Positions 12,285 through 23,834 of a stretch of DNA of 64,000 nt are shown here, piece after piece. Under the pieces are notes generated by a model that searched no databases, was not told where the DNA came from, and worked only from the letters and a program-made list of their open reading frames with translations. The DNA lies in the NCBI RefSeq assembly GCF_006345805.1, contig NC_043018.1, forward strand, positions 22,754,001-22,818,000, given 5' to 3'. The stretch's first letter is position 1; each line of letters begins with the position of its first letter. The stretch is from Octopus sinensis (Eukaryota). A program made the position numbers and the translations under genes.

Positions 12285-12458
12285 CCGTTACGTTCTGAGT
12301 TCAAATTCCGCCGAAGTCGACTTTGCCTTTCATCCTTTCGGGGTCAATAAATTAAGTACCAGTTATGCATTGGGGTCGATGTAATCGGCTTAATCCGTTT
12401 GTCTGTCCTTGTTTGTCCTCTCTGTGTTTAGCCCCTTGTGGGTAGTAAAGAAATAGGT
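12285..12458 (+). mobile_element. SINE family C, 5'-truncated
   Basis: CGTTACGTTCTGAGTTCAAATTCCGCCGAAGTCGAC...GGGTAGTAAAGAAATAGGTA; matches 16073-16310. Confidence 0.88.
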
Positions 12459-13107
12459 ACCTCGGAGTGGTGTCTAGATGGAGATGCGGAGCTCATCTAC
12501 ACTGAGTAGACCCCAACGTTGGGCACAGGTAGGGAGAAAAATAGAGGTGGACTTAGAAACTGTAAGACAGTTATTATCCGTGAGCGGAGAGTCAACATGC
12601 TGTCAGAATCGCTTGTGGGGAAAATGCCTTGCCGTATTTCTCCTGGCTTTTTTACGCCCTCTGAGCTCAAGTACCGTTGGGTTTATTTTGTCTTTAATTG
12701 TGATGGGTTTGCAGAATCAGTAGAGCGTCAGACAAAATGCTTTGCGATATTTGTTCCGTCTCCTTACCCTAACCTTTTGTGTTCAAATCCCGTCAAGATC
12801 AACTTTACCTTTCATCCTCCAGGGTCGATGAAATAAAGTACCAGTCAAGGGCATACCTACACAAGTGTGCCTCCACTGGGGTAGAAAGGGCTCCTTAGCC
12901 GTAGTGAAGGCAATCTATCTAGGGAGATAACCTTACAATAAATCACTGGGTCCGTAGCTTAGAAATACTGGGTTGACGTCCAGCGGGAACAGCTTTGTTT
13001 CATGGAGGAGGAAAGATCTTCTTTAGTACTTGGTTGTACAATGCTTTCCAATGTGTGTAGTAGTGGCGCGCGCACACATTATTAGCCATTTGAAAAGACT
13101 ATGAAAG

Positions 13108-13143
13108 TCTCGACCACGGTCGAACAATGATGATGATGATGAT
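13108..13143 (+). mobile_element. Extremely 5'-truncated RTE tail
   Basis: GTCTCGACCACGGTCGAACAA(TGA)n matches the terminus of the RTE at 63590-63995. Confidence 0.6.
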
Positions 13144-14501
13144 GTGCCCCCACTCCGACTTTGTTTCCTCATAACATCCAGAACAATGGATTATTTTTTG
13201 ATGAAATTTTCTACAAATACTCTTCAGGTTGTGTAGATTCCGATTACATTGGAATTTGTTGTGAAAAATAAATTTCCGCGTATGGGTGGGGTGAAGAGTT
13301 TCGGAAATTCACACGAATTGGACTTGTTTCTCTATAACTTTCAGGAAAATAGGTACCATTTTTTAATCAGTTTTTTTTTTTTTTACTCAATACCTTTCAG
13401 AGGGTGTTGATTTACGATTATATCGGAATTTAAAATGAGATGGGGGAAAAAAATGAACAGACGCAGAGACACATCACAATAAAAGACATTTATCATAATT
13501 TCTGTATTTTCTCACATATAAATTTCTCACGAAGCAGAGAAACAGGGTGGTTTCGATTCTCAGTTGGAAATTCTGTTAACTTGAATAGTCTGCTAACGGC
13601 GATTTATTTGTCAAAGTAAATTTTTTTTTATTCATTTAAAAAAAAATTATCGATTGATGCCATTTTTATTTTCATATATCTTTATATATAAAAGGGAAGT
13701 TGTGTGTCTGTCTCCTACGATTTAGATTCCTAACTACTCCCACATTTTGCGGTGCAGTTTAACTAAAACCGGGTTATCTTATAGTCGTGATTCATATCGA
13801 GCCCTTCTGGGTATTAGCGCGCATCTACGATGAGTCTACGATTTAAAAAAAAATTTACCATCATTTTTTCCATTTTAATGCATTTTTTTCGCTATTATAT
13901 AAGGGAAGTAACTCTCTAAAAATGTCTACGATGAGTCATCGATTTTTAAAAAAATTTACCATCATTTTTTTTCCATTTTTAATGCATTTTTTTGCTATTT
14001 TTAGGCTATAACTCTCTAAAAATGCTTCTATAGTTATTTCCCTTACAAACCCGAGCAACGCCGGGCGATACTGCTAGTAACATATAATATAAACACGTAC
14101 ATTTTTTAGAAAATTGTCATTTTATAAGATTTTGCTGGAAAATTTTTAATTAACATAAACAATTATTTTCAAATCTTTCTGTTAAAACTATTCAAACCAT
14201 TCGTGGGGAATTTCTCTTTTTTTTATCATAATCGTAATCTACACACTTTAAAAGGTATTTGTTGAAAATTTCATTGAAAAATACCCATTTTTCTGAAAGT
14301 TATACGGAAACAAAGCTGACTTGTGTGAATTTTCCGAAACTCCTCTCCCCACGCACGGAGTTTTTTTTTTTTTTTTTTTACAATAAATTTCTGTATAATC
14401 GGAATCTACACCATCTGAATCATTTTTGTAGAAAATTTCACTAATAAAAAATACCTTTTCTGTAAGTTATAAAGAAATAAAGTTGAGTGGGGGGGGGGCA
14501 C
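13144..14501. mobile_element. Old fold-back element with about 290-bp degenerate TIRs, interrupted by a Helitron
   Basis: 13144-13430 (GTGCCCCCACTCCGACTTTGTTTC...) is the degenerate reverse complement of 14215-14501 (...GAAATAAAGTTGAGTGGGGGGGGGGCAC). Confidence 0.6.
13679..14077 (+). mobile_element. Non-autonomous Helitron with internal ~90-bp duplication
   Basis: A|TCTTTATATATAAAAG...CCCGAGCAACGCCGGGCGATACTGCTAG|T. Confidence 0.92.
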
Positions 14502-14820
14502 GCTTATGTGGGTATACCCCAGTCAAATACTAGTGATTTATTTAATTGGCTAAAACCCTCTCCTCAAAACTGCTTTTCTTGGATCTGAATTAGAAGCAAT
14601 ACCAGTGAAAGATGAGGGACCGAGAACAAAGAATCCTAAATTCATTTTGTCAGGAAAACTTTAGTGAAGTTGTTGCTCGCTAAAACTAATACCACGGGGC
14701 GATCCTTCTAAGATGGTATATCAAAAGTGAAACTATTTGTTCGGCAATTTCCGTAAAAAAATTTATTTCTTTAATTTTTTCGCTTTTGTTTTTGTATTTT
14801 TGTTTATGTATCTATGTGTT

Positions 14821-15216
14821 GGCGATCTTTCGTCTCTAGTAGACCTTTCCGTCGATTTCCGTAAATTTTTTTTTTTTTTTTTACATATGGGCTTGCGGGA
14901 ACTTTTGAAGTAATATACATACATATACACATACACCGAGTAAAAAATTTCAGTTATCTCTTTCTTTCACACATTACTCTGTCTCTTCACACACACTAAC
15001 AGAAGCACTTCACTTACACAACATACTGTCTGTCTCCCACACCCCATCAAGAAGAGACAGAGTAATGTGTGAAAGAAAGAGATAACTGAAATGTTTTACT
15101 CGGTGTATGTGTATATGTATGTATATTACTTCAAAAGTTCCCGCAAGCCCATATGTAAAAAAAAAAAATTTTTTACGGAAATCGACGGAAAGGTCTACTA
15201 GAGACGAAAGATCGCC
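14821..15216. mobile_element. Fold-back MITE, ~165-bp near-perfect TIRs beginning GGCGATCTTTCG
   Basis: 14821-14988 vs 15052-15216 are reverse complements differing mainly in poly-T length; no TSD seen. Confidence 0.85.
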
Positions 15217-15671
15217 GGAAATAGTACTATACAAGGTTACCACAGACTAAGAAAATTATGAACTTTATAAATAAAAAAATGAAATCTCTGCGTCTTTTTC
15301 CTTATAATTCCTTAACTTGTAGAAATGATTATCTCCCTTGCAACAACTGCGATCACTATTGTGACGTAAGAGAAGTTTATACACACACATGCACTTACAT
15401 ACAGACCTACATACACAAACACACATTGAAACACACACGTATACACTAACCCTCTCAAACGCACGCGCATTCACACTGAAACACACATACACACACACAC
15501 ACACACACATACGGAGAAATAATTGAAAGAGTGGCGGGGAGGTGGGTGAGCCAAACTGAACAGATCGGTGAATTAAAATGTCAAGCAACGAATTTGGAGA
15601 TAGTTTGGTTGTTATGAACATGAGGAAGATGTTAGATGAACTGTTTTATTTATACAGGACGGTAGTGCCTA

Positions 15672-16040
15672 CATGATGATGGCAATCCCTCAAGGTCGAG
15701 GATGATGGTCTTCGCGCAAATTTACTGGTGAGTCCGTAGGTGACCGATAAGACCAATTCTTGCTTGAGAAGATCGGTCGCAGTGCGGACATCTAGTGCCA
15801 GAAGGGAGAGTTGCACGTGGTTGTTGTTGGCGCTCCTTCCGTCGTCATCTTTTCTCCTCCAGCTCTGCAGACCTTTTCGACTCGAAAGTCGCCGTTCCCT
15901 CATGGATGGTGGTTTTCCAGAGTGGTCTGTTTTTTGCCGTTTCCTCCCAGTTAGTGAAGTCGATGTCACACTTTTTGAGGTTCGTTTTCAGGGAGTCCTT
16001 GTAGCGTTTCTTCTGGCCTCCTTTTGTACGCTTGCCTACA
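15672..16040 (-). mobile_element. RTE/BovB-like LINE 3' end
   Basis: Minus strand: GKRTKGGQKKRYKDSLKTNLKKCDIDFTNWEETAKNRPLWK...R*RRKERQQ...CPHCDRSSQARIGLIGHLRTHQ* (stop 15722-15724), one internal stop, short (ATC)-type tail. Confidence 0.88.
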
Positions 16041-16072
16041 TAGAAGGTACGTCACAATGGTACCTTGGAGCT

Positions 16073-16310
16073 TAAGGCGGCGAGCTGGCAGAATCGTTAG
16101 CACACCGGGCGAAATGCTTAGCGGTATTTCGTCCGTCTTCATGTTCTGAGTTCAAATTCCGCTGAGGTCGACTTTACCTTTCATTCATTCGGGGTCGAGT
16201 AAATAAGTACCAGTTACGCACTGGGGTCGATGTAATAGACTTAATCCGTTTGTCTGTCCTTGTTTGTCCTCTCTGTGTTTGGCCCCTTGTGGGTAGTAAA
16301 GAAATATGTA
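16073..16310 (+). mobile_element. SINE family C, full length
   Basis: TAAGGCGGCGAGCTGGCAGAATCGTTAGC head, GAGTTCAAATTCC B box, AAAGAAATA end. Confidence 0.9.
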
Positions 16311-16334
16311 CCTCGGAGTGGTGTCTAGATGGTG

Positions 16335-16660
16335 TAAGGAGGGGGAAGAAGAGAAGGAGGAGGAGGAGAAAGACGAGGAAGAGAATAGAAAGATAAAGAA
16401 AGCGGGAGGAGAAAGATGAGATAGAGAGGATGATAAGAAGGCAGGAGGTAAAAGATGAGGAAAGGGGAAGCTAATGGAGAGGAGGGGAAAGCGAGAAGGA
16501 GGAGGAGGCGGAGAGGACAATGGCAAACAACCGGAGAGGAGGAAGAAAAAAAGAAAAAATATGAAGAGGTAGGAGAAAACAATGAAAAAGGGAGGGAGGG
16601 TGGATGGCTAGAAGAAGAAGAAGAAGAAGAAGGGGAGGCGAAGACGAAAGCTGAGAATGA
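16335..16660. repeat. GA-rich (GAG/GAA) low-complexity tract
   Basis: Purine-rich triplet runs; explains the E/R/K-rich ORFs. Confidence 0.85.
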
Positions 16661-16721
16661 GAAGTTGACGAGATTAGAAAATGTCAAAGCAATAATAAAA
16701 AGCAAGATCATGTTAAACAGT

Positions 16722-17063
16722 GGCGCAGGAGTGGCTGTGTGGTAAGTAGCTTGCTTACCAACCACATGGTCCCGAGTTCAGTCCCACTGCGTGGCACCTT
16801 GGGCAAGTGTCTTCTACTATAGCCTCGGGCCGACCAAAGCCTTGTGAGTGGATTTGGTAGACGGAAACTGAAAGAAGCCCGTCGTATATATGTATACAAC
16901 TGATGCTGGTGTGTTTACGTCCCCGTCACTTAGCAGTTCGGCAAAAATAGACCGATAGAATAAGTGCTGGGCTTACAAAGAATAAGTCCCGGGGTCGAGT
17001 TGCTCGATTAAAGGCGGTGCTCCAGCATGGCTGCAGTCAAATGACTGAAACAAGTAAAAGAGT
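16722..17063 (+). mobile_element. tRNA-derived SINE, family A (internal deletion)
   Basis: GGCGCAGGAGTGGCTGTGTGGTAAG head; tail AAATGACTGAAACAAGTAAAAGAG. Confidence 0.92.
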
Positions 17064-17629
17064 GGTGGGCAGCGGCCTGTCTTGGGTCGGCAGGGGTGAA
17101 ATAGAGCCTATTTATAGACATCTGTCGGTCAGATGCCTGTTGGGTGAAAAATAATCGCTTTTTTTTTTCTATCTTTTGTTTCACGCATTAGACTGTGGCC
17201 ATGCTGGGACACCACCTTGAAGTATGTAGTCGAACAGGTCGACCCCTCCTCCCACACATACAGATACCTCTTTTTGTCGAACCGCTAAGTTATTAGGACG
17301 TAGACAAACCAATACTGGTTGTCAAGCGTTGGTGGGGAACAAGCACAAACAGATACCAACAGATAAATAGCTATATATAAATTTTTTTTCGTAATGAGAT
17401 AGAAAAAAAACTGAGGCTGTGTAGATTTTACAACATTTATAGTAGATAGGTCATGCAGCTGTTTCCAGGATATTTAATATATCCCTTCATCGGAGTCGGT
17501 GTGAGAAAATGGCTAAACTTAACTACGGTCTATCTATAGCACTTATTCAGCATTATCTGACACCTTTGGGTCTCAGTGACACCATTACCTATCATAACCT
17601 CCTATATATACATATATATATGTATATAT

Positions 17630-17800
17630 ATACAGGGAGAGTTTACGAAAAAAAGAAAAGACGAAGACAGGTGGTGTACAAACAAATAGATGTATATAGA
17701 ACGCTCAGGAATAGAAAAAAGTCTTTTGCGTTTCGAGCCTACGCTCTTCTACAGAAAGGGACACAGAAAAAACAAGGAGAGAAAAAATGTGTGTAGTGGC
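17630..17800 (-). mobile_element. Penelope-like terminal (pLTR-type) fragment
   Basis: Reverse complement of 18425-18595; carries a hammerhead-like motif. Confidence 0.65.
17723..17758 (-). ncRNA. Minimal hammerhead-like motif, degenerate
   Basis: Minus: CUUU CUGUAGA A GAGC-GUAG-GCUC GAAA CGCA AAAG; the cleavage triplet is GCA instead of GUA. Confidence 0.55.
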
Positions 17801-17817
17801 TAACGATCTATCATGGC

Positions 17818-17861
<44 letters not shown>

Positions 17862-18199
17862 TCTTTACTCTTTAACTTGTTTCAGTCATTTGACTGCGGC
17901 CATGCTGGAGCACCACCTTTGGTCGAGCAAATATATATATGTAGTTTTTATCCATTTAAAAGACGAAAAGAAAACGGAAATTAGGAATTTAATTGTTTAA
18001 TAGCGAAGATAGCCAGTTTGCTGTTAATAATAAACAATTATTAACTTCCTAATCTCCGTTTTCACTTCATCTTTTAAATGGATATATACTATATGTGTTT
18101 TATATATACCTATTATTTTAAGGAATTCTTAAAATATAGGTAATCAGTATTTCCTTGGATGAAACCATCCTTTCATGAGGTTAACATATCCCCTAATTA

Positions 18200-18244
<45 letters not shown>

Positions 18245-18248
<4 letters not shown>

Positions 18249-18323
18249 ATATGTTACATTACTCGATAGTCAAGATTAAACTCAGAGTTTTATCTTGACT
18301 ATCGAGTAATGTAACATATTATT
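18245..18323. repeat. Short palindrome (~33-bp arms)
   Basis: AATAATATGTTACATTACTCGATAGTCAAGAT pairs with ATCTTGACTATCGAGTAATGTAACATATTATT. Confidence 0.92.
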
Positions 18324-18393
18324 GTATAGATAAATTTTCTCTATTTCATATATTGAGGTCTCTTTCTTTCTTTTGTTATCTTATCCGTTTTAA

Positions 18394-18424
<31 letters not shown>

Positions 18425-18427
<3 letters not shown>

Positions 18428-18595
18428 TTGTTTCTCTCCTTGTTTTTTCTGTGTCCCTTTCTGTAGAAGAGCGTAGGCTCGAAACGTAAAAGACTTTTTC
18501 TATTCCTGAGTGTTATACTAATACATCTGTTTGTTTGTTTTCTACACCACCTGTCTTCGTCTTTTGTTGTTTTTTTTTCGTAAACTCTCCCTATA
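18425..18595 (+). mobile_element. Penelope-like terminal (pLTR-type) fragment
   Basis: Flanked by (TA)n, inverted relative to 17630-17800, contains a hammerhead-like motif; third copy near 31880-32000. Confidence 0.65.
18457..18492 (+). ncRNA. Minimal type I hammerhead-like ribozyme with CUGUAGA core variant
   Basis: CUUU CUGUAGA A GAGC-GUAG-GCUC GAAA CGUA AAAG: stem I CUUU/AAAG, perfect 4-bp stem II, palindromic ACGU stem III, GUA cleavage triplet. Confidence 0.65.
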
Positions 18596-18884
18596 TATAT
18601 ATATATATATATACTACCTTAAAGGTCGCCCTATCTGAGGGCTCTTCATTTGGGTCTTGAGCCCAATAATGACACTTCATGCATTGAGTACATATCAAAT
18701 TTTATCAAACTTCAATATTTTTCAAGCAATGAACAATTTTCGTCAAAACAATGATATAATAAGTGGACTTGGAACTTATTGCAAAGCTTCATGATAAACA
18801 ACATTTTCTGTCTTCCCATTCGGGGGGGGGGGGTCAGTACAGTTTTTTTTCTGTTGAACCTCTTTTCTTCTTTCTTTCTTTCTT

Positions 18885-18919
<35 letters not shown>

Positions 18920-19388
18920 TTTTCTCTTGATTGTTTTCAACCATGACCAGTATAACCAACATTGCCACACAACAGCCATACACACCATTCAGACTTTTGA
19001 CGCCACCACCATCAACACCTTTGACTTCGCTGTCTTCCCTTCCACCACCATCACCACTGTCTTTCCCAATCTTTACTATCACCGTCATGCTTGACCTACT
19101 CAGCAACCACCACCACCACCATCATCATCACCGTCGTCTCTGCCTCTATCACAACCACAGCTCATACTATTACCATCTCACCCGTCAATCTACTACCGCT
19201 CTCACCGTCTCTGTGACTGCTATTACTCTCATCTCAGCAAGAGCAGTAGAAGAAGTGTCGTTGAATAGTGTCAAAGAGTGACATACTAACACAGAAATTC
19301 CTTTTGGCATTTATTATTTTAGCTGACCATCCCGAAATACAATATCCGTTTCAATACACGATTTCACAACAGGAATCTTATTGATATA

Positions 19389-19688
19389 TCTTTATATATA
19401 AAAGTCAAGTTGTGTGTCTGTCTCCTACGATTTAGATTCCTAACTACTCCCACATTTTGCGGTGCAGTTTAACCAAAACCGGGTATCTTATAGTTGTGAT
19501 TCATATCGAGCCCTTCTGGGTATTAGCACGCGTCTACGATGAGTCTACGATTTAAAAAAAAATTTACCATAATTTTTTCCCCATTTTTAATGCATTTTTT
19601 TGCTATTATGTAAGGGAAGTAACTCACTAAAAATGCTTATATAGTTATTTCCCTTACAAACCCGAACAACGTCGGGCGATACTGCTAG
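19389..19688 (+). mobile_element. Non-autonomous Helitron (no internal duplication)
   Basis: A|TCTTTATATATAAAAG...CCCGAACAACGTCGGGCGATACTGCTAG|T. Confidence 0.9.
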
Positions 19689-19939
19689 TTATTCTATATA
19701 TATATTCGGGGTAACCAGATCCAGCTGTCTCAAGTGTAACTGCCCGAAACAGTAAGGACTTCTGGTAACTTAACTGGGGAAGGAGGCCACGAATGACCCG
19801 TCTTTTTATTTTCCCTGTCCTGATTGTTGTTTCTCCGGCCCGTCTATGTATCATCTATCCGTCCGAATGTTTTATAGTCCTCTATTGCGTTTTTTGCTCC
19901 AATATATAAATACACACACACATACACATACACAAACAC

Positions 19940-19980
<41 letters not shown>

Positions 19981-19981
<1 letters not shown>

Positions 19982-20510
19982 TAGCAGAGGTACCCGGCGT
20001 TGCTCGGGATTAAAATTGCATAGTTTATATATGATATATTACAATTATGTTGAAACGGGTGATATGGAAAAGTGCAGCATTGACAACAAAACATTTGTGG
20101 AGCAAATGATGGGCTAATTCGACTAAGCAACATACTATGGGTCCGTTTGGAATATTTCAGGCCCTAACCTGTCATGGAAATTGGGAGTTGGGGTTATGTG
20201 ATTTTTGAACGCACCGAAAAGGTGTCAGTGGATATACTCTCCTTTACAGTAGTCAGCGCTGTGTCTAACACGGCCCATCATCTGAAATTTTAACACCTCC
20301 TCCGGATTTGTTGTCCCACATCACTCATAAAGTGAATTTGAAGGAACTGTGGTTCATTTGTGAGTAACAGGGAACCAATGAGGTGATAGATTTGCCCTTG
20401 AACTTTGACATCGGTGTAAATTCATGTTTATCTATCTTCTTAGATGCACCAAACGATGTCATTTGAAATGCAGAGTCGTATCGTCTGACATTGTTCAGGA
20501 AATCATTTGA
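19981..20510 (-). mobile_element. Internally deleted Helitron: RepHel fragment joined to a 3' terminus
   Basis: Minus: SNDFLNNVRRYDSAFQMTSFGASKK..., frameshift, KVQGQIYHLIGSLLLTNEPQFLQIHFMSD (20510-20320); ends CCCGAGCAACGCCGGGTACCTCTGCTAG|T at 19981. Confidence 0.82.
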
Positions 20511-20519
20511 CAGGATGGA

Positions 20520-20705
20520 AGTGCCGGGTAAAATGCTTAGTGGCATTTCGTCCGCCCTTAGTTCTGAGTTCAAATTCCGCCGAGGTCAACTTTGCCTTTC
20601 ATCTTTTTGGGGGTCAATAAATTCACTACCAGTGAAACACTGGGGTCGATGTAATCGACTGGTCCCCCCCCCCCCCAAATTTCAGGCCTTGTACCTTTAG
20701 GAGAA
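20520..20705 (+). mobile_element. SINE family C variant followed by (ATT)n
   Basis: GTTCTGAGTTCAAATTCCGCCGAGGTCAAC core; AGGCCTTGTACCTTTAGGAGAAAGG end, then (ATT)n. Confidence 0.82.
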
Positions 20706-20708
20706 AGG

Positions 20709-20759
<51 letters not shown>

Positions 20760-21420
20760 AAATCAAGCATAAAATAGTGTGACTTATATTCAAGTAAATA
20801 CGGCATTTCCAGGAAATTTCATTCCACATTCCCTCGATTCTGCCAATGTACAGCACAAGGTGGTGGGAGACTAAGCAATATCAATGATGACAACGAACTT
20901 GACTCGTGCATTTTTTCTTTTTTTCTTTCTTTTTTTTTATCCCTTTTTCTGGGAAATCCAGAAACATAAATAGAAGACATATGACTAGTAGGAGTGTTAT
21001 ATTTGTTGAGTACAGTTTTCAGCAAGTGTCATATGATAACAAAAGAGGTTTTCTCAAACATCTGAGTGCAGCCTCAAGTCAGAATCACATGATGACGTGC
21101 AGGAAACAGTTTAAAGTGATAGGAATTGACACACTCGAAAGATATATAGGCATACCTACACAATCGTGCCCCTACCAACGCCTTTAATTCCAAATAACTT
21201 TTAGAAAATTTAACATTTTTCAGTGAAATTTTCTATAAATACTTTATATGATTATATCGGAATTTTATGAGGAAAAAGTGGTGAAGACGAATATTTCATG
21301 CAACTCATCTTTGTTTCCCGAGACAAATTAATGACGTAGATTAGTTATCTTTTTCTTTCGTCATTAGACTGTGGCCATGCTGGGGCACCACCTTCAAGAA
21401 TTTTGTACTTTTTTTTTTAA

Positions 21421-21655
21421 TACCTATTTCTTTACTACCCACAAGGGGCTAAACACAGAGGGGACAAACAAGGACAGACATAGGTATTAAGTCGATTACA
21501 TCGACCCCAGTGCGTAACTGGTACTTAATTTATCGACCCCGAAAGGATGAAAGGCAAAGTCGACCTCGGCGGAATTTGAACTCACAACGTAATGCAGACG
21601 AAATACCGCTAAGCATCTCGCCCGGCGTGCTAACGTTTCTGCCAGCTCGCCGCCT
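21421..21655 (-). mobile_element. SINE family C, full length
   Basis: Reverse complement of 16073-16310. Confidence 0.9.
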
Positions 21656-21766
21656 CTTTTTTTTAATACCTGTTACTTATTCTGCCGGTCTGTTTTTGCC
21701 GAATGACTAAGTTACAAGGACATAAACACACCAACACCGGTTGTCACGTCGTGGTGGGGGACAAAT

Positions 21767-21814
<48 letters not shown>

Positions 21815-21834
21815 ACACACACACACACATATAC

Positions 21835-22037
21835 CCTTTATTCTTTTGGTTGCGGCCATGCTGGAGCACCACCTTGAAGGGTTTTAGTCAAACAAATAGA
21901 TCCCCAGGACATTTTTTTAAAACCTGTAACTTATTCTATCGGACTCTTTTTGCCGAACCGCTAGTTTACAGAGACGTAAACACACCAACACCGGCTGTCA
22001 AGCGGCGATGATGGGAGGAACACTGAAACAAAGACAA

Positions 22038-22068
<31 letters not shown>

Positions 22069-22241
22069 TACATATATATATACGACGGGCTTCTTTCAGT
22101 TTCCGTCTACCAAATCCATTCACAAGGCTTTGGTTGGCCCAAGGTTATTGCTGAAGACACTTGACTGAGGTGTCACACAGTAGAAATGAACCCAGAACCA
22201 TGTGGTTGGTAAGCAAGCTTCTTACCACACAACTATGCCTA
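21835..22241 (-). mobile_element. SINE family A variant, full length
   Basis: Head at 22241, internal (CA)n, tail GCGGCCATGCTGGAGCACC on the plus strand. Confidence 0.85.
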
Positions 22242-22504
22242 TACCATATATGACAAGCTTCTTTCAGTTTTCATCCATGCACACACAACACACACACACA
22301 CACACACACACATACATATATCATGGGATTCTTTGATCTTCCGTCTCCTAAATCCGCTCACATTTTGGTCAGCCCAAAGCCACAGCAGAGGACCTAGACC
22401 GAGTGGTTGGGAAACAAACCTCCTACCATAGGGTCGGACGACCCTTTTCATTATATTCATTGGACGCTTCCTGGCCCTCACAATCCCTCTCGCTCCTTTA
22501 AGCC

Positions 22505-22585
22505 CTAGCAAAAGAGGTATGGCCAAAACGCCTCTAACCATAGGCCTACCTGGTCTCAGAGATGATTTGCTGGGAGTAAACTACC

Positions 22586-22637
<52 letters not shown>

Positions 22638-22736
22638 GCAAAAGAGGTTTAAACTCTAGCAAAAGAGGTTTGGCCAAAACGCCTCTGACCATAGGCCTAC
22701 CTGGTCTCAGAGATGATTTGTTGGGAGTAAACTACC

Positions 22737-22782
<46 letters not shown>

Positions 22783-22881
22783 GCAAAAGAGGTTTAAACT
22801 CTAGCAAAAGAGGTTTGGCCAAAACGCCTCTGACCATAGGCCTACCTGGTCTCAGAGATGATTTGTTGGGAGTAAACTACC

Positions 22882-22954
<73 letters not shown>

Positions 22955-22975
22955 TTGCTGCTTCTACTACTACCA
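22505..22975. repeat. Three tandem ~130-145-bp units each ending in (CTA)n
   Basis: CTAGCAAAAGAGGT at 22505, 22635 and 22780; units 2 and 3 carry an extra 21-bp CTAGCAAAAGAGGTTTAAACT. Confidence 0.92.
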
Positions 22976-23304
22976 CTACAGTTGCTGCAATAACTGCCTG
23001 CCTAACTGCCATAAACTTAGACACCTCCGTTCTAACAAGTTTATCTTGTAATCTTCGTTAGTTAAAATATCACTATGCTAACTCAAAGATTAATTAAACC
23101 AGGAAGTTTAATTCTGTTACCTGTAGTTTAGACGCAAAAATTAATATCTTTCTTAATCAAATTTTGTGTGTGTATGTATACACATACATACATACATACA
23201 TATTTACTTATATATATGATATTATATATAAGTAGGTCCAGATTAAAAATTATTACATATATATATGTAGATATATACACACAATATATTTATATTTGTG
23301 CATG

Positions 23305-23613
23305 TCTGAGACCCCCTTCAGTCACGACATAGACCATGGGATTGCACCTAGAAAGTTACCCTCCTAGGCACAAGTCCGGGCAAGGTTGTTTACGGAAGAC
23401 CAGCAGTCGCCCATGCATACCAGCCTGCCCTCTCCACACCACCAAGGGAAAGGCAAAGGCAGATACAGCTTGGCACATGTGACGTCACAACTCCTTTCTA
23501 CAGCTGGGTGAACTGGAGCAACGTGAAATAAAGTGTCTTGCTCAAGGACACAACACGCAGCCCAGTCCGGGATAGTAAGCTCGACGCTCTAACCACTGAG
23601 CCATGCGCCTTCA
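23305..23613 (-). mobile_element. tRNA-derived SINE, family E
   Basis: Head GTGAAGGCGCATGGCTCAGTGGTTAGAG on minus strand; colinear with 60808-61144. Confidence 0.85.
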
Positions 23614-23766
23614 CTATTTGTGCATGTACATATATATAGATTTATATATATATATATACATATATTGACTGGGCCTGATGAAGCCTTCCGGCTTCACCGA
23701 CCCCAGTTAAACCGTCCAACCCATGCTAGCATGGAAAACGGACGCTAAATGATGATGATGATATAT

Positions 23767-23805
<39 letters not shown>

Positions 23806-23834
23806 CTTATTTAAAAGCAGCAGAAATTCAACAA

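Noticed and set aside
23670-23710. CTGATGA followed by AGCC-TTCC-GGCT hairpin
   Set aside because: No GAAA core half; it is a mutated family D segment (CTGGTGCAGCCTTCTGGCT).
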